Both the position numbers and the translations under genes were made by a program. The notes beneath the pieces are model-generated. The model was not told the DNA's origin. It saw nothing but the letters and a program-made list of their open reading frames with translations, and did not search any database. This document shows positions 1-9,757 of a DNA stretch of 64,000 nt, one piece after another; positions within the stretch are counted from its first letter, which is position 1; each line of letters opens with the position of its first letter. The stretch is from a virus: positions 64,001 to 128,000 of the IMG/VR virus record IMGVR_UViG_3300025015_000010. One strand, 5' to 3'.

Positions 1-187
1 TGGGATGCTATGTAAATCCGAGTGATGGTTCGAAGGAAGATTGGCTGTTTGCTAACGGTGAGTTTACGGAAAAGCCCAAGAGTTTTGGGTCCAAGCCCGA
101 AGGCACGCTGCCAGTGTGTTTGGTAGACAATGGCCCATTTACGGCTGCCGCAGTCGCGTTCGACGCTTCTGAGTTTAAGGAGTTTAT
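1..187 (+). pseudogene. N-terminal part of a small phage protein (GCYVNPSDG...VCLVDNGPFTAAA...EF), interrupted by an IS200/IS605 element
   Basis: Frame is open from nt 3. Joining 187 to 5017 restores E-F-I-D-P-M-D-T-R...YLK* in frame. Confidence 0.8.
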
Positions 188-237
188 TAGACAGCGCGAG
201 AATACCCCCAGCCTTGTGCTGGGGGATGACAGCGCCC

Positions 238-484
238 CTAGCTACGGCTCTTTTGTGATTTAATATACTGACGAACGATATCTTCCGAAATATGGCCTAC
301 AGTTGCGTAATATGTACCACGAGACCAAAGACCACTACCCCAGAATTTTTGCTTTTTAAGGACAGGAAATTTAGAAAAGATGTAGACTGTAGATATAGAC
401 TTGAGTGTTTTAGCGATTTCAGATGGTGCCGTTAGGTGGTCGGCTTGAACAAAGATATGAACATGATCGGGCATAACTTCGATT
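238..484 (-). pseudogene. tnpA: IS200 Y1 transposase TnpA, C-terminal half
   Basis: PDHVH (HUH) and LWSRGTY motifs. Joins 3674..3840 in frame (LQEIEV|MPDHVH). Confidence 0.92.
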
Positions 485-689
485 CAGGCTTATGCCTTAT
501 TTACATGTAAAGCCTAAGTTAGCCAAAGTTCCCTAATAAATAGCTAACAAAACCTGTCTACCTATGCTAAACAAAGATTCTATACTGTGGTAAGACAAGT
601 CGTATATTTGGTGTATTTTTCGGTTTCAACGAGGTCTCTTGACCTCGGGTAATAGACCTGATATAATTTATGATAATTGGAGATACTTT

Positions 690-1757
690 ATGGTTGAAGA
701 TACTTTACTGGACAGAATACATCACGGTGACGTGACCGACCTTTTGAGAGATTTGCCAGATTCCTGTGTTGATCTTGTGGTGTCGTCTCCTCCTTATAAT
801 CTTGGAAAAGAATATGAGGCGAGAAAAGCCTTGGGAAATTATCTCAAGGAACAAACAGATATATTGTCCGAGTGTGTTCGCGTGCTCAAACCATCTGGTT
901 CGTTGTTTTGGCAAGTAGGTGCATTTTCCGATGACGGTATTCTTATACCACTAGATATTCGATTTTTTCCAATACTGGAGTCTCTTGGGTTATACCCGAA
1001 AAATCGAATTGTGTGGGCACGACAGCACGGTTTACATGCCCGTAAGAAATTCTCGTGTCGCTACGAAACTATCTTGTGGTTTACCAAATCAGATAATTAT
1101 GTTTTCAACTTAGACGCTATAAGGGTGCCACAAAAATATAAGAACAAGAAGGCCCATAAAGGAGAGAACAGAGGGAAATATACATGTAATCCAGCCGGTA
1201 AGAATCCAGGTGATATCTGGATGTTCCGTAACGTAAAACATAATCACGAAGAACAAACAATTCATCCATGTCAGTTTCCAGAGGACTTAATCTCCAGGAT
1301 AATGCTTTGTACCACTGTGGTAGGTGGGGTTGTTTTTGATCCATACATAGGCACTGGTACAACTGCCGTCGTTGCTAGGGATCACGGTCGCCATTTTATA
1401 GGGGCAGAATTAAATATTGATTACTATAGAGTCGCAATAAGACGGCTAAGTGGACAACCAGATGAAAATGGTTTGTTTCCTAACCTGAAGACTCTTAGGG
1501 CATATGCCGAGAGAACCGGTCAACCAGTAGCTAATTTCAAATTTGATAAACAAGTAGGGAAATTTCCAACAGATCGGGCAAAGTCAAAAATATATACAGA
1601 AGAGTATCACCTAACCGAGTTGTCAAAACGACTTGAGTATGAAGAGGATTCTTTCGGTGCCCGGCTTCGCGGCAAAGACGCGCCAGCAGATTACTTCCCT
1701 GGTGGTTCGGTTAAATCAGTCGAAGACGATGCACCGTTGTTTAAGAGAGTCGTTTAA
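690..1757 (+). CDS. Beta-class N4-cytosine/N6-adenine DNA methyltransferase (M.BglII-like)
   Basis: SPPY motif precedes HPCQFP and DPYIGTGT. GGAGA RBS before the ATG at 690. Confidence 0.9.
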   Translation: MVEDTLLDRIHHGDVTDLLRDLPDSCVDLVVSSPPYNLGKEYEARKALGNYLKEQTDILSECVRVLKPSGSLFWQVGAFSDDGILIPLDIRFFPILESLGLYPKNRIVWARQHGLHARKKFSCRYETILWFTKSDNYVFNLDAIRVPQKYKNKKAHKGENRGKYTCNPAGKNPGDIWMFRNVKHNHEEQTIHPCQFPEDLISRIMLCTTVVGGVVFDPYIGTGTTAVVARDHGRHFIGAELNIDYYRVAIRRLSGQPDENGLFPNLKTLRAYAERTGQPVANFKFDKQVGKFPTDRAKSKIYTEEYHLTELSKRLEYEEDSFGARLRGKDAPADYFPGGSVKSVEDDAPLFKRVV

Positions 1758-2427
1758 ACGTTAGTCTCCATCCGTTAGTTGACTTAGAGCCGCGTTCAAC
1801 TAGGCAAAGTCCATTTATTTGTTCTTTAATTGTTCTGGATGTTCTGTCTGGATAAATCGTCTGTACAGATGGTACCTCGTGGCCGGGGTCAACAGACAGG
1901 TTTGTTACCCGCATCGGAATTCCAAACATATTAAATTTCGACAATCCATTGGCCTGTTCTACAGATTGTTCATAGTAGAGTGTGCTATTGGAAGCGGGAA
2001 GTCTTCCTGTCTTAGTCAAAAGGACAAGGGCCTTGACAGTTTTGTGCCCTAATTTGATACCAGCCCTTTTGAATATGTCACTGCGAATGACATTATTAAG
2101 AAAGAATGGGTAATTAGAAAACTGTGCTTCGAGCATTATCCCATTCTTGGCGAAATCCACATCTGAGCCAAGAAACCGGACTGCGGGAGGCACCGATGGC
2201 CCTGATATCCATCCAGATGACCCCAGAACGCGCTCCAAATAGGCGTTAGTGGCTACTGGATCAAAAATCAGATGTCCTGATTTGTTTTTCTGTAGAGATC
2301 CTTTTAGGTACAATGGCATATCCTCTGCGGCTTTTAGGATATCTGCCCATTCTTTTGCCGCTTCGTCTGATAATAACTGTTTTACCCCATTAAAATCTTG
2401 CCATTGAACTTTAATGTTCACCTCCAA
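1741..2427 (-). CDS. Type II restriction endonuclease, BglII-like
   Basis: LIFDPVATN, FLGSDVDFAK, EAQFSNYPF (E-x-Q) and PASNSTLYYEQ match BglII motifs as I recall them. Convergent with the MTase. Confidence 0.88.
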   Translation of the reverse strand: MEVNIKVQWQDFNGVKQLLSDEAAKEWADILKAAEDMPLYLKGSLQKNKSGHLIFDPVATNAYLERVLGSSGWISGPSVPPAVRFLGSDVDFAKNGIMLEAQFSNYPFFLNNVIRSDIFKRAGIKLGHKTVKALVLLTKTGRLPASNSTLYYEQSVEQANGLSKFNMFGIPMRVTNLSVDPGHEVPSVQTIYPDRTSRTIKEQINGLCLVERGSKSTNGWRLTFKRLS

Positions 2428-2527
2428 TCCCTATTTTTGTGTATCGGAGGCTGGTGCCCAAAGCTGAAGCCTTGGTTATAAAATCGGTCAAAAAAATCGC
2501 CGATTGTAAGTACATCCTGAATTATAC

Positions 2528-2557
2528 GGACGAGCGTTCTCAGATAGTGCTAGACTT
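2528..2557 (+). promoter_or_regulatory. Class-2 promoter (GGAC...AGTGCTAGACTT) upstream of the transposase
   Basis: Same motif and spacing at 38181, 40998 and 56986(-). Core also at 19396 and 31565. Confidence 0.6.
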
Positions 2558-2594
2558 CAAATAGCAGATGTCACATAACTATTTGGAGTTAGAA

Positions 2595-3605
2595 ATGTCT
2601 ACAACACTACCGTTCCCTAGAACAGATTTTGAATTCCATGACATGTTTCCAAATGACAGGGCGTGCATTGAATACCTGGCCGAGCTACGTTGGTCCGACG
2701 GCTTTATATGTCCTCATTGTGAGTCACACGAAGGTTATTGGAACGACAAGCGCCTGTATTTCGAGTGCAAATACTGTCACAAACAGACCTATTTAACAGC
2801 CGGGACTGTGATGCACAGTTCCAAGATACCTCTAACGGAGTGGTTCTTAGCAGCGTGGTTTATGGCTACGCTTAAACCTGGGATCAGCGCTTATCAATAT
2901 TGGGAGCGTTCTCGGATTGTAAGTTACAAGACCGTGTTCAATATGCTGCATAAATTGCGTTTCGGTCTTGTAGATCCGAATCCGTATATTTTGGAAGGCA
3001 TGGTCGAAGTGGACGAGGCACTTCTTTGGGGCGAAAAACAGCCGAAGGGCGTCAATAAAGGGCCGAAGGGTAAGATCATTTTGGCTGGCGCCGTAGAACT
3101 CAGAGAGCGCAAGGAAAAGAAGAAACATTTCCCGAATTATTACGTGTCCAGAGTACGTTTACGTGTCGTGCCCAATCGCTCAGAAGAACATCTAGCGGGT
3201 TTCGTTTATGACGCCGTAGCACCTGGAAGCATTGTTTACACAGATGCTCATGCGAGTTACCAAAACCTGGGCGGATACTATGATCATCACGTAATTAGTG
3301 AAGCCCATGGAATGTCCGCCGATAGCGTACTACCAGCATTTCACCAGGTCATCGGGAACTTTCGGGCGTGGATTATCGGTACTCACCATGGCGTAAGCTC
3401 GAAACACATGCAGACCTATGCCAATGAGTTTGCATTCAGAGTGTCCACGACGTTTGACCAGTTTCTGGCTTTTCAACAGATGCTTGGTTCTTCAGTCGTG
3501 GCGCGAGGCCCGACTTACCCAGAACTTTACAATGTCGGCCAAAAGGGTGGTTATGCCCATCTTGGGGACTGCAACCTGGGCTCTTTACCGCTCATAACGT
3601 TCTAA
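2595..3605 (+). CDS. IS1595-family transposase (ISSod11-like, DDH), intact
   Basis: CxxC...CxxC Zn ribbon, VEVDE, VYTD, FHQVIGNF..W..GTHHGVS.KH..Y.NEF.FR. Start chosen from the RBS and alignment to 41489. Confidence 0.92.
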   Translation: MSTTLPFPRTDFEFHDMFPNDRACIEYLAELRWSDGFICPHCESHEGYWNDKRLYFECKYCHKQTYLTAGTVMHSSKIPLTEWFLAAWFMATLKPGISAYQYWERSRIVSYKTVFNMLHKLRFGLVDPNPYILEGMVEVDEALLWGEKQPKGVNKGPKGKIILAGAVELRERKEKKKHFPNYYVSRVRLRVVPNRSEEHLAGFVYDAVAPGSIVYTDAHASYQNLGGYYDHHVISEAHGMSADSVLPAFHQVIGNFRAWIIGTHHGVSSKHMQTYANEFAFRVSTTFDQFLAFQQMLGSSVVARGPTYPELYNVGQKGGYAHLGDCNLGSLPLITF

Positions 3606-3673
3606 TAAGTTAGGATAGTTAAGTCTAAGTTCTAGTGATATTTATAATCACATGTAAATAAGGCATAAGCCTG

Positions 3674-3840
3674 ACTTCGATTTCTTGAAGTAGCCATTTG
3701 TAGGTAGTACAAGTTTCGGCAAGAATCTTCTTCAACTCAGCGGCTACAAAGCCTTCTAGTACAGTATGACGATACTTGGGACACCAAATGATATGATAAC
3801 CGAGAGAATGAACCGCGTGACTACTCGAAGTCGTTTTCAT
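3674..3840 (-). pseudogene. tnpA: TnpA N-terminal half
   Basis: YHIIWCPKYR motif. Truncated at the transposon TIR. Confidence 0.92.
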
Positions 3841-3857
3841 AACGAGGTATTATAACT

Positions 3858-5015
3858 GTGTTTCGTACAGTGTCAATACCCACTGATCTTGAACCAGAGC
3901 GGTTTCTACCGTTGATGTCTCAGTGCGCAGATATTTTCAACGCACATGTCGATTGGGCCTTGGAACAGCATAGTTGCAATAAGAGCAAGGCTCATGACGC
4001 GCTGTATTTACAATTCAGACAATCCAATCCAGATGTGCCCTCGGCGTTGATTCAGGCAGTGCGTGATACAGCTTTAGAGGCGGTCAAGGCCAATAAGTAC
4101 AAGAACTGTCCACGAAAGAAAGCATACTCAGGACTTCGTTACGACAAGCGCACAATAACTAGGCGCGGCAATCAATTAACACTTTCTACCTTAGGAACCA
4201 GGGCCAAAACTATACTAAATGTTCCAGAATACTACAGAGAAATCTATAACACTTGGGTATTCAAGAGCGCAACAATTACCTACAAGCGTTACGATCAAAG
4301 AATTTGGGTGCAGTTAGTATTTGACCACGCCACACCTGAGCGATGCCCTATGAACCAAATCCAGGGCATCGATAAAGGACTGTACCATCTGGCAACAACT
4401 TCGGATGGGCAGGTGTATTCTAATGCAAAGGTTCGTTCTGTTCAGCGCAGGTATTTGTACAACAGAGGCACGCTCCAGGCAAAAGGCACTCGCGCAGCGA
4501 AACGTCGTTTGAAAAAGATGTCAGGTCGTGAGAAGCGGTTTAGTCGGAACATGAATCATGTTGTCACTAAGTATCTTGCAAATCAAGAGAGTGTAACGAT
4601 CTTCGTATTAGAAGATTTAACAGGTATTCGCAATCAGAATCGCGGTAAGAAAATGAACAAGTGGATGGCATCGTGGCCGTTCTACGAGTTCGACTCGTTT
4701 CTTATTTACAAATGCGAAGCCTTAGGCAAATTAGTCGTTTTTGTGGACCCGCGAAACACCAGTAGAAAGTGTAGCAGGTGTAAGCACGTCTGCAAAAAGA
4801 ATCGTCACAAGTCTCATTTTCACTGTGTAAAGTGTGGCTTTAGAGCGCATGCCGACTTTAATGCCGCAATCAATATCCGTGACGATTACATTCTCTCTAC
4901 TATGCCTTTGGCAACGGTAGAGCAGGCGGCTGTCAATCCGCCATATGTTTCGAGTGTTATGGGTGAAAATCCCGCCTTAGTTACAAGCCACCAGCCTTGT
5001 GCTGGTGGTCATTGA
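3858..5015 (+). CDS. tnpB: TnpB RNA-guided endonuclease
   Basis: RuvC D (GIDKG), E (VLEDL) and D (HADFNAA), plus a Zn ribbon. Confidence 0.93.
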   Translation: MFRTVSIPTDLEPERFLPLMSQCADIFNAHVDWALEQHSCNKSKAHDALYLQFRQSNPDVPSALIQAVRDTALEAVKANKYKNCPRKKAYSGLRYDKRTITRRGNQLTLSTLGTRAKTILNVPEYYREIYNTWVFKSATITYKRYDQRIWVQLVFDHATPERCPMNQIQGIDKGLYHLATTSDGQVYSNAKVRSVQRRYLYNRGTLQAKGTRAAKRRLKKMSGREKRFSRNMNHVVTKYLANQESVTIFVLEDLTGIRNQNRGKKMNKWMASWPFYEFDSFLIYKCEALGKLVVFVDPRNTSRKCSRCKHVCKKNRHKSHFHCVKCGFRAHADFNAAINIRDDYILSTMPLATVEQAAVNPPYVSSVMGENPALVTSHQPCAGGH

Positions 5016-5016
5016 C

Positions 5017-5107
5017 TGATCCGATGGACACCAGAGCGAAGCTTTGGTACTGGGTCAAGATCGAGGATCTTCGTAAGGTGTCGCCTCTCGAACGCTATCT
5101 GAAGTAG
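5017..5107 (+). pseudogene. C-terminal part of the gene at 1..187
   Basis: In-frame continuation DPMDTRAKLWYWVKIEDLRKVSPLERYLK*. Confidence 0.8.
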
Positions 5108-5121
5108 AAAGGAAATAAGTC

Positions 5122-5325
5122 ATGGCATTAAAACTGTATGTATGGCAGAATATGCTGAGCGATTATTACCCTGGGATCGCTTTCGCTATGGCAGAAAACG
5201 CGGCAGATGCCCGCAGGCAGATTATCAGAAGTGGACTCAGTGCCACAGAAGCTAAGCTAGAGTTGGCTGGTAAGCCCAGTGTCTATCGCAGTCCAAAAGG
5301 TTTTCATGAGTATGGAGGCGGCTAA
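5122..5325 (+). CDS. Hypothetical protein
   Basis: AAGGA RBS, coupled to the next ORF. Confidence 0.7.
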   Translation: MALKLYVWQNMLSDYYPGIAFAMAENAADARRQIIRSGLSATEAKLELAGKPSVYRSPKGFHEYGGG

Positions 5326-5528
5326 TGTTCTGGCAACGAAAGGTCACTAAGCGTGAAGTAGTTCCGTGTAAGGCATGTGATGGGACGGGGTTGCGGGTGC
5401 CAAATAATGGCAATTTTGAATACACGAGTAAGTACACTTTTGATCAGGTTACTAAGCTGGCCCAAGGAATCTGTATAGCTTGCAACGGCCAGGGTGAGCA
5501 GCAGCGTGTTTGGACCGAATATGTATGA
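5325..5528 (+). CDS. Small DnaJ-type Zn-finger protein
   Basis: Two CxxCxGxG motifs. Confidence 0.7.
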   Translation: MFWQRKVTKREVVPCKACDGTGLRVPNNGNFEYTSKYTFDQVTKLAQGICIACNGQGEQQRVWTEYV

Positions 5529-5848
5529 GTTCTTCTCGCAATAGTGGTGAAAAGCGATCTTGGAAGGCAAAGTTATTTGGAGGCAGGGAAACAAAGCCAT
5601 GCTGTTTTTGTCGCTGTACTCTGTATTTTAGCTCAGCAACCCTAGAACACGTAGTACCAAGGTCTCAAGATGGAAATTGGTCTCTTGACAATCTAAGGCT
5701 TTCGTGCTATGATTGTAACCATGAACGGGGTTCAGACGATTTCGATGAGTTTCAACAGCGTAAGCGGGCAGAATTAAAGCAGCATGAGCAACGTCAAGAA
5801 GAAATGAGGTTAGTTAGACTTGCAGAATTATTGAAGCCGATAAATTAG
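5525..5848 (+). CDS. HNH endonuclease
   Basis: CxxC...TLEHVVPRSQDG...NLRLSCYDCN. Confidence 0.85.
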   Translation: MSSSRNSGEKRSWKAKLFGGRETKPCCFCRCTLYFSSATLEHVVPRSQDGNWSLDNLRLSCYDCNHERGSDDFDEFQQRKRAELKQHEQRQEEMRLVRLAELLKPIN

Positions 5849-5850
5849 AT

Positions 5851-6531
5851 ATGAAAAGAACTAGTTGGAGCGACGAGGAATTTATAGTCGCTGTTAAGTC
5901 GAGCATTTCTATTGCTGAAACGTTAAGAAAGTTACGCCTTGTACCGATTGGCGGTAATTACAGAACAGTGCATAGAAAGGTCAAAGAATTATCGTTAGAT
6001 ACGAATCATTGGCTTGGCCAAAAACACTTGATTGGAAAAAGCCGAAAAGGAATAGGGCAGAAACCTCTTACGGAAGTGCTACTTGAACATAGCGAGTACA
6101 GTCGAGGAAGTATTAAAAAGAGACTTTTAGCAGAGGGTGTTCTAAAAAATGAGTGCGCCATATGCGGGCAAGGCCCTGTTTGGAATGGAAAACCGCTTGT
6201 TCTAACTTTGGACCATATAAACGGCACAAACAACGATAATCGGCTAGAAAATCTGAGAATAATTTGTCATCATTGTGGTAGTCAACTCGAAACTTTTTGT
6301 GGCAAAAAGAATAAGGGGAAAAAATATACAGAGGAAAGTGTCTGTTTTAATTGTGGTAAAAAAGTAGAGCCTTATGCAAAACACTGTGTTGATTGCTACC
6401 ATAAATCAATACGAAGGATTGAAAGGCCTCATATAGACGTTTTGAATAGTGAAATAGATGAGTTTGGATATGAAGCTGTGGGAAGAAAATATGGAGTATC
6501 AGGTAACTCGATAAAAAAATGGGCAAAATAA
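5851..6531 (+). CDS. HNH homing endonuclease adjacent to a tRNA
   Basis: LTLDHINGTNNDNRLENLRIIC, Zn ribbons, C-terminal HTH-like segment. Confidence 0.88.
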   Translation: MKRTSWSDEEFIVAVKSSISIAETLRKLRLVPIGGNYRTVHRKVKELSLDTNHWLGQKHLIGKSRKGIGQKPLTEVLLEHSEYSRGSIKKRLLAEGVLKNECAICGQGPVWNGKPLVLTLDHINGTNNDNRLENLRIICHHCGSQLETFCGKKNKGKKYTEESVCFNCGKKVEPYAKHCVDCYHKSIRRIERPHIDVLNSEIDEFGYEAVGRKYGVSGNSIKKWAK

Positions 6532-6561
6532 CCAGCCTCATTGGTTTAATAAAATACAGTC

Positions 6562-6637
6562 GGGGGCGTGGCGCAGCGATTAACGCAGCGGACTTTTAAT
6601 CCGATGATCGCAGGTTTGAATCCTGCCGCCCCCACCA
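6562..6637 (+). tRNA. tRNA-Lys(UUU)
   Basis: Acceptor stem GGGGGCG/CGCCCCC, anticodon loop CTTTTAA, T arm GCAGG-TTTGAAT-CCTGC, encoded CCA. Confidence 0.92.
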
Positions 6638-6658
6638 CATTTTTAGAAAGTAGGAAAG

Positions 6659-8515
6659 ATGCTGATTAAGCTAACAAAATCCTTGTGGATTGATCCGTCC
6701 GCTATAGTAACTGTTACTCAGAAGTACGATTTCACTACACCAGGACAGACGCCAGCAATTAAAAAGCAGTGTTCGGTACTCGCGTCCTGTGGCAATAAGC
6801 AGTTAGAATATCTTGTAGATGAACTTGCTGATACAGTGAGCAATCAGATTAATATTGCCGTGGGGCACGTCTGATGTGTGAACAGTGTGTTGCAAACGCT
6901 CATGGGTGGATAGAAATACTGCCTGGTTGGCAGCTTTGTCGTGCCCACAAGAGCGGTAACGACATGAAAGCCGGTCAGTGGGGACTGCTAACTTGCAATG
7001 ATCCTAGCTTAATTTTGGCTACTGACCCAAGAACAAGTGAGCACCATGACTGTTGTGCCCACGAAATGTTTACTGGACTAGGTGGCGTCCAGATATACTC
7101 AGAAATTTGGTTTTCTATTCTGAAGGCAGCTAAGACTGTTGGCTACAGTGATAACGATGGTTCGTTGGAATCGTGGCTCATGGAACGAATCTGCAAGTTG
7201 GTCAAAGAAAATCTAGGCAAAGTCCCATTTCGTATAAATCGATCAGGCACGTGGATGGGTGGTGTGGCACCTGAGTTGGAAGATGATCTGCTAAAATATG
7301 GTGAAGTGGATGTATATGCTACAACCGAAAGTGAGGAAGAATGCTAACAGTTTCGGCCATAGTAATTTCCTTATATGTTATATTAATGTCTGTGCATGTA
7401 GGATACAGACTAGGTTTTGATCGCGGCCAAAGGAGCGGTATTAGTCAAGCTGAAAGACTGTTAGGCGCACAGAAAGAAGCCTTTGAGTGCTCGCAGTTGG
7501 CTGACAGATGTGAAGCTTCGGCCGAGCACTTAGTCAGTCCGATGTATGAGGTTCTATATACCCAAGAGACATTTGAGAAGTTACGGCAAGCTGGGCCAAA
7601 AGCACCCGATAAGGTTTATCCAGAAGATGACGATCTTTGAATTTAATTATGATACTGTTAATAGCTGGTCTTGCTCTGTATATAGCTTTAGCGAGGGACT
7701 AATTTGAGACCTGAAGAAACCGTCGAGAATCACCGTCGCACAATAGCCAATTTAGCCAAGAATAGCCTGTCCGAGCACGTGATCACCCAGAGGTCTGAGT
7801 CAGATTTAGTCAAAGCCTATATTTGTCGAGGACCTAAAAATTCGTTTCACTGGTTTGGAGTTATCTTCGCGCCAAGGTTGGTAGTAGTCTATGGTGATAT
7901 AGGGGATTTAACTCTGAACGTGAGCCAGCAAGACACTCGTGCGTGGGCTTTGGTATCCGATGAACTAGACTATGTGCTTGGTAAGGCTGTTCGCCCAGAG
8001 TTAGACTTCTTCTTAGAAGAAGCTAAGCGAGCTATCGAGGACATTCGTAAAGACGAGCCGGGCTTAGCTGAAGGACTAGATGATGCCATGTCTATGTTGC
8101 AGTACGATATGGATGATCGATCTTGGCACGAGTTATTCTATGAGTTTGCTAATACAAGCGAAGCGCCAGACTGTACCGACTTTTCGAGCGAAATGCTGTG
8201 GTGTTTCCACGCTCTGAGGAAGTTTGCCGAGTTGTTTAACAGGGATTTGCCGACAGCAGTACAGGAAAGGTTAATATGAGCATAGAGACCGATTTTGTAA
8301 AAGGCTGGACTCAGCATGTCGATAGGCTGGAATTAGCGAATCAAATTCGCGCTAGCCTACCGGTTGCGGCTATTCTAGCCACACGGCTCGTTGACGAAAA
8401 TCTAGATGAGGTAACCGAGGCCGTTTTAGTTGAATCTGCACTGAGAATTGCTCAGAAGTTAGTTATAGGTGCAGACGATTTGGCAGCTAGAACGGTAGAT
8501 AGCAAAAATAGCTAG
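6659..8515 (+). other. Run of hypothetical phage ORFs (6659-6874, 6874-7347, 7341-7640, 7704-8279, 8276-8515)
   Basis: RBSs and overlapping stop/start codons. No recognisable motifs. Confidence 0.65.
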
Positions 8516-8527
8516 AAAGTTTGTAGT

Positions 8528-8947
8528 ATGCAGACGTTTCTACCTTATCCCTCGTTTAGTCTGACCGTAGAAGTGCTGGACTACAGGCGGTTGGGGAAAC
8601 AAAGAGTCGAAGCGGCACAAATATGGCGTGTCTTAATGGGAAGGACAAAGTCATCCGCTTGGAAGAACCATCCTGCCGTGTTAATGTGGCGCGGATACGA
8701 AGACGCGCTTGCTCTGTATGCGAATGTATGCATCGGTGAATGGATTCGCCGTGGATACAAAAATAACATGCTATTGATGAGTCACGACCAACACCTGAGA
8801 ATGCCGAGATGGCTAGGCGATGCTGGATTCCACGCTTCGCACCGAAGCAATCTGCTCCGCAAGGATCACTCCTACTATAGTCAGTTTAAGTGGCCCGAGC
8901 CAATTGATTTACCCTACGTTTGGCCAGAAAGTGAGACAGCTAAGTGA
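8528..8947 (+). CDS. Pyrimidine-dimer glycosylase-like protein (MSMEG_6728 family)
   Basis: MQTFLPY...LDYRRLGKQRVEA...NHPAVLMWRG...SHRSNLLRKD. Confidence 0.85.
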   Translation: MQTFLPYPSFSLTVEVLDYRRLGKQRVEAAQIWRVLMGRTKSSAWKNHPAVLMWRGYEDALALYANVCIGEWIRRGYKNNMLLMSHDQHLRMPRWLGDAGFHASHRSNLLRKDHSYYSQFKWPEPIDLPYVWPESETAK

Positions 8948-9405
8948 AGAACGATACCGGGCCGATTTTATATGAACTAGACAATGCGCTTATGCTGGCT
9001 ACAACGGCACACGCGGGCCAAATCGATAAGAACGGTGTGCCGTTTGTTTGGCATCCTATTAGGGTCGCGTTAAAGTTGTCAGAGCCAGACCGTGTAGTTG
9101 CGCTACTACATGACGCAGTAGAAGATTCCACAATGGATTTTCAGGATCTATTGAATCTAGGTATTTCATTTGAAGCCGTCGAAGTAATTAAAGTTTTGAC
9201 CCACGAGGACAGTATAAGTTATGACGATTACGTTGAGCGCGTGGCTAATAATCCACAGGCCGTTCGAGTGAAAGTGGCTGATCTGTTAGATAATTTGTCT
9301 GAGAGTAGGCGATATAAAGGGGATGAGCAGACTCGTGAGAAGCACAAGAAGGCTTTGTTAAGGCTGACTGGATGCACGTGGGAAGATTATGTTCAAGGCC
9401 ACTAG
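8944..9405 (+). CDS. HD-domain hydrolase (RelA/SpoT HD, Mesh1-like)
   Basis: AHAGQIDK, HPIRV, ALLHDAVED, VKVADLLDN. Confidence 0.88.
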   Translation: MKNDTGPILYELDNALMLATTAHAGQIDKNGVPFVWHPIRVALKLSEPDRVVALLHDAVEDSTMDFQDLLNLGISFEAVEVIKVLTHEDSISYDDYVERVANNPQAVRVKVADLLDNLSESRRYKGDEQTREKHKKALLRLTGCTWEDYVQGH

Positions 9406-9727
9406 CGGTGTAGCAGGCACATTCGAGATTTCAGATGTTCCAGTGTCCCTGGTGTTCGAGCCAGAAGATGTAGGCGCGAGTTACCACAATCAAGGCGGGT
9501 GTACTGTTTATTTGCATTATGCGTCGAGTAATTGTTTGACATCGGGCTACCCCGTTAGTCCAGGTGCATTTATTGATCGAAGTTGGACTGGAAGGATTGT
9601 GATTAGTAGCCCAGATGGCGCTGTGGCTTTTTTCCCAGGCCCATTTCCAGCTACGATGCATGCTGTTTGTGGCAAAGGACTCAAAACATCACTGACTTAT
9701 ATCAAGATGAGCAGAAAAAGTAGTTGA
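9389..9727 (+). CDS. Hypothetical protein
   Basis: Fills the operon gap. Confidence 0.55.
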   Translation: MFKATSGVAGTFEISDVPVSLVFEPEDVGASYHNQGGCTVYLHYASSNCLTSGYPVSPGAFIDRSWTGRIVISSPDGAVAFFPGPFPATMHAVCGKGLKTSLTYIKMSRKSS

Positions 9728-9751
9728 CATTCAGGTCAGACATGCTATAAT
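9724..9751 (+). promoter_or_regulatory. Sigma70-type promoter
   Basis: TTGACA-16 bp-TATAAT, with TG extension. Confidence 0.75.
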
Positions 9752-9757
9752 TTTGGC

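Larger units (their letters stand above)
485..3673 (+). mobile_element. IS1595-family cargo transposon A (3.2 kb) carrying an R-M system
   Basis: 24-bp TIR CAGGCTTATGCCTTATTTACATGT at both ends. 9-bp TSD ACTTCGATT at 476-484 and 3674-3682. Transposase at the right end. Confidence 0.95.
188..5016 (+). mobile_element. IS200/IS605-family element (divergent tnpA/tnpB), tnpA disrupted
   Basis: Matching subterminal hairpins CCCCCAGCCTTGTGCTGGGGG (left) and CCACCAGCCTTGTGCTGGTGG (right). Inserted 3' of TTTAT, ends in TTGAC, no TSD. The host ORF is restored on removal (1-nt boundary ambiguity). Confidence 0.9.

Noticed and set aside
3625-3673. C-terminal tail RLMPYLHVIINITRT of the 71-aa ORF, and the tail QAYPLFAGKA at 38399-38431
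   Set aside because: Read-through into transposon TIRs, not native protein.
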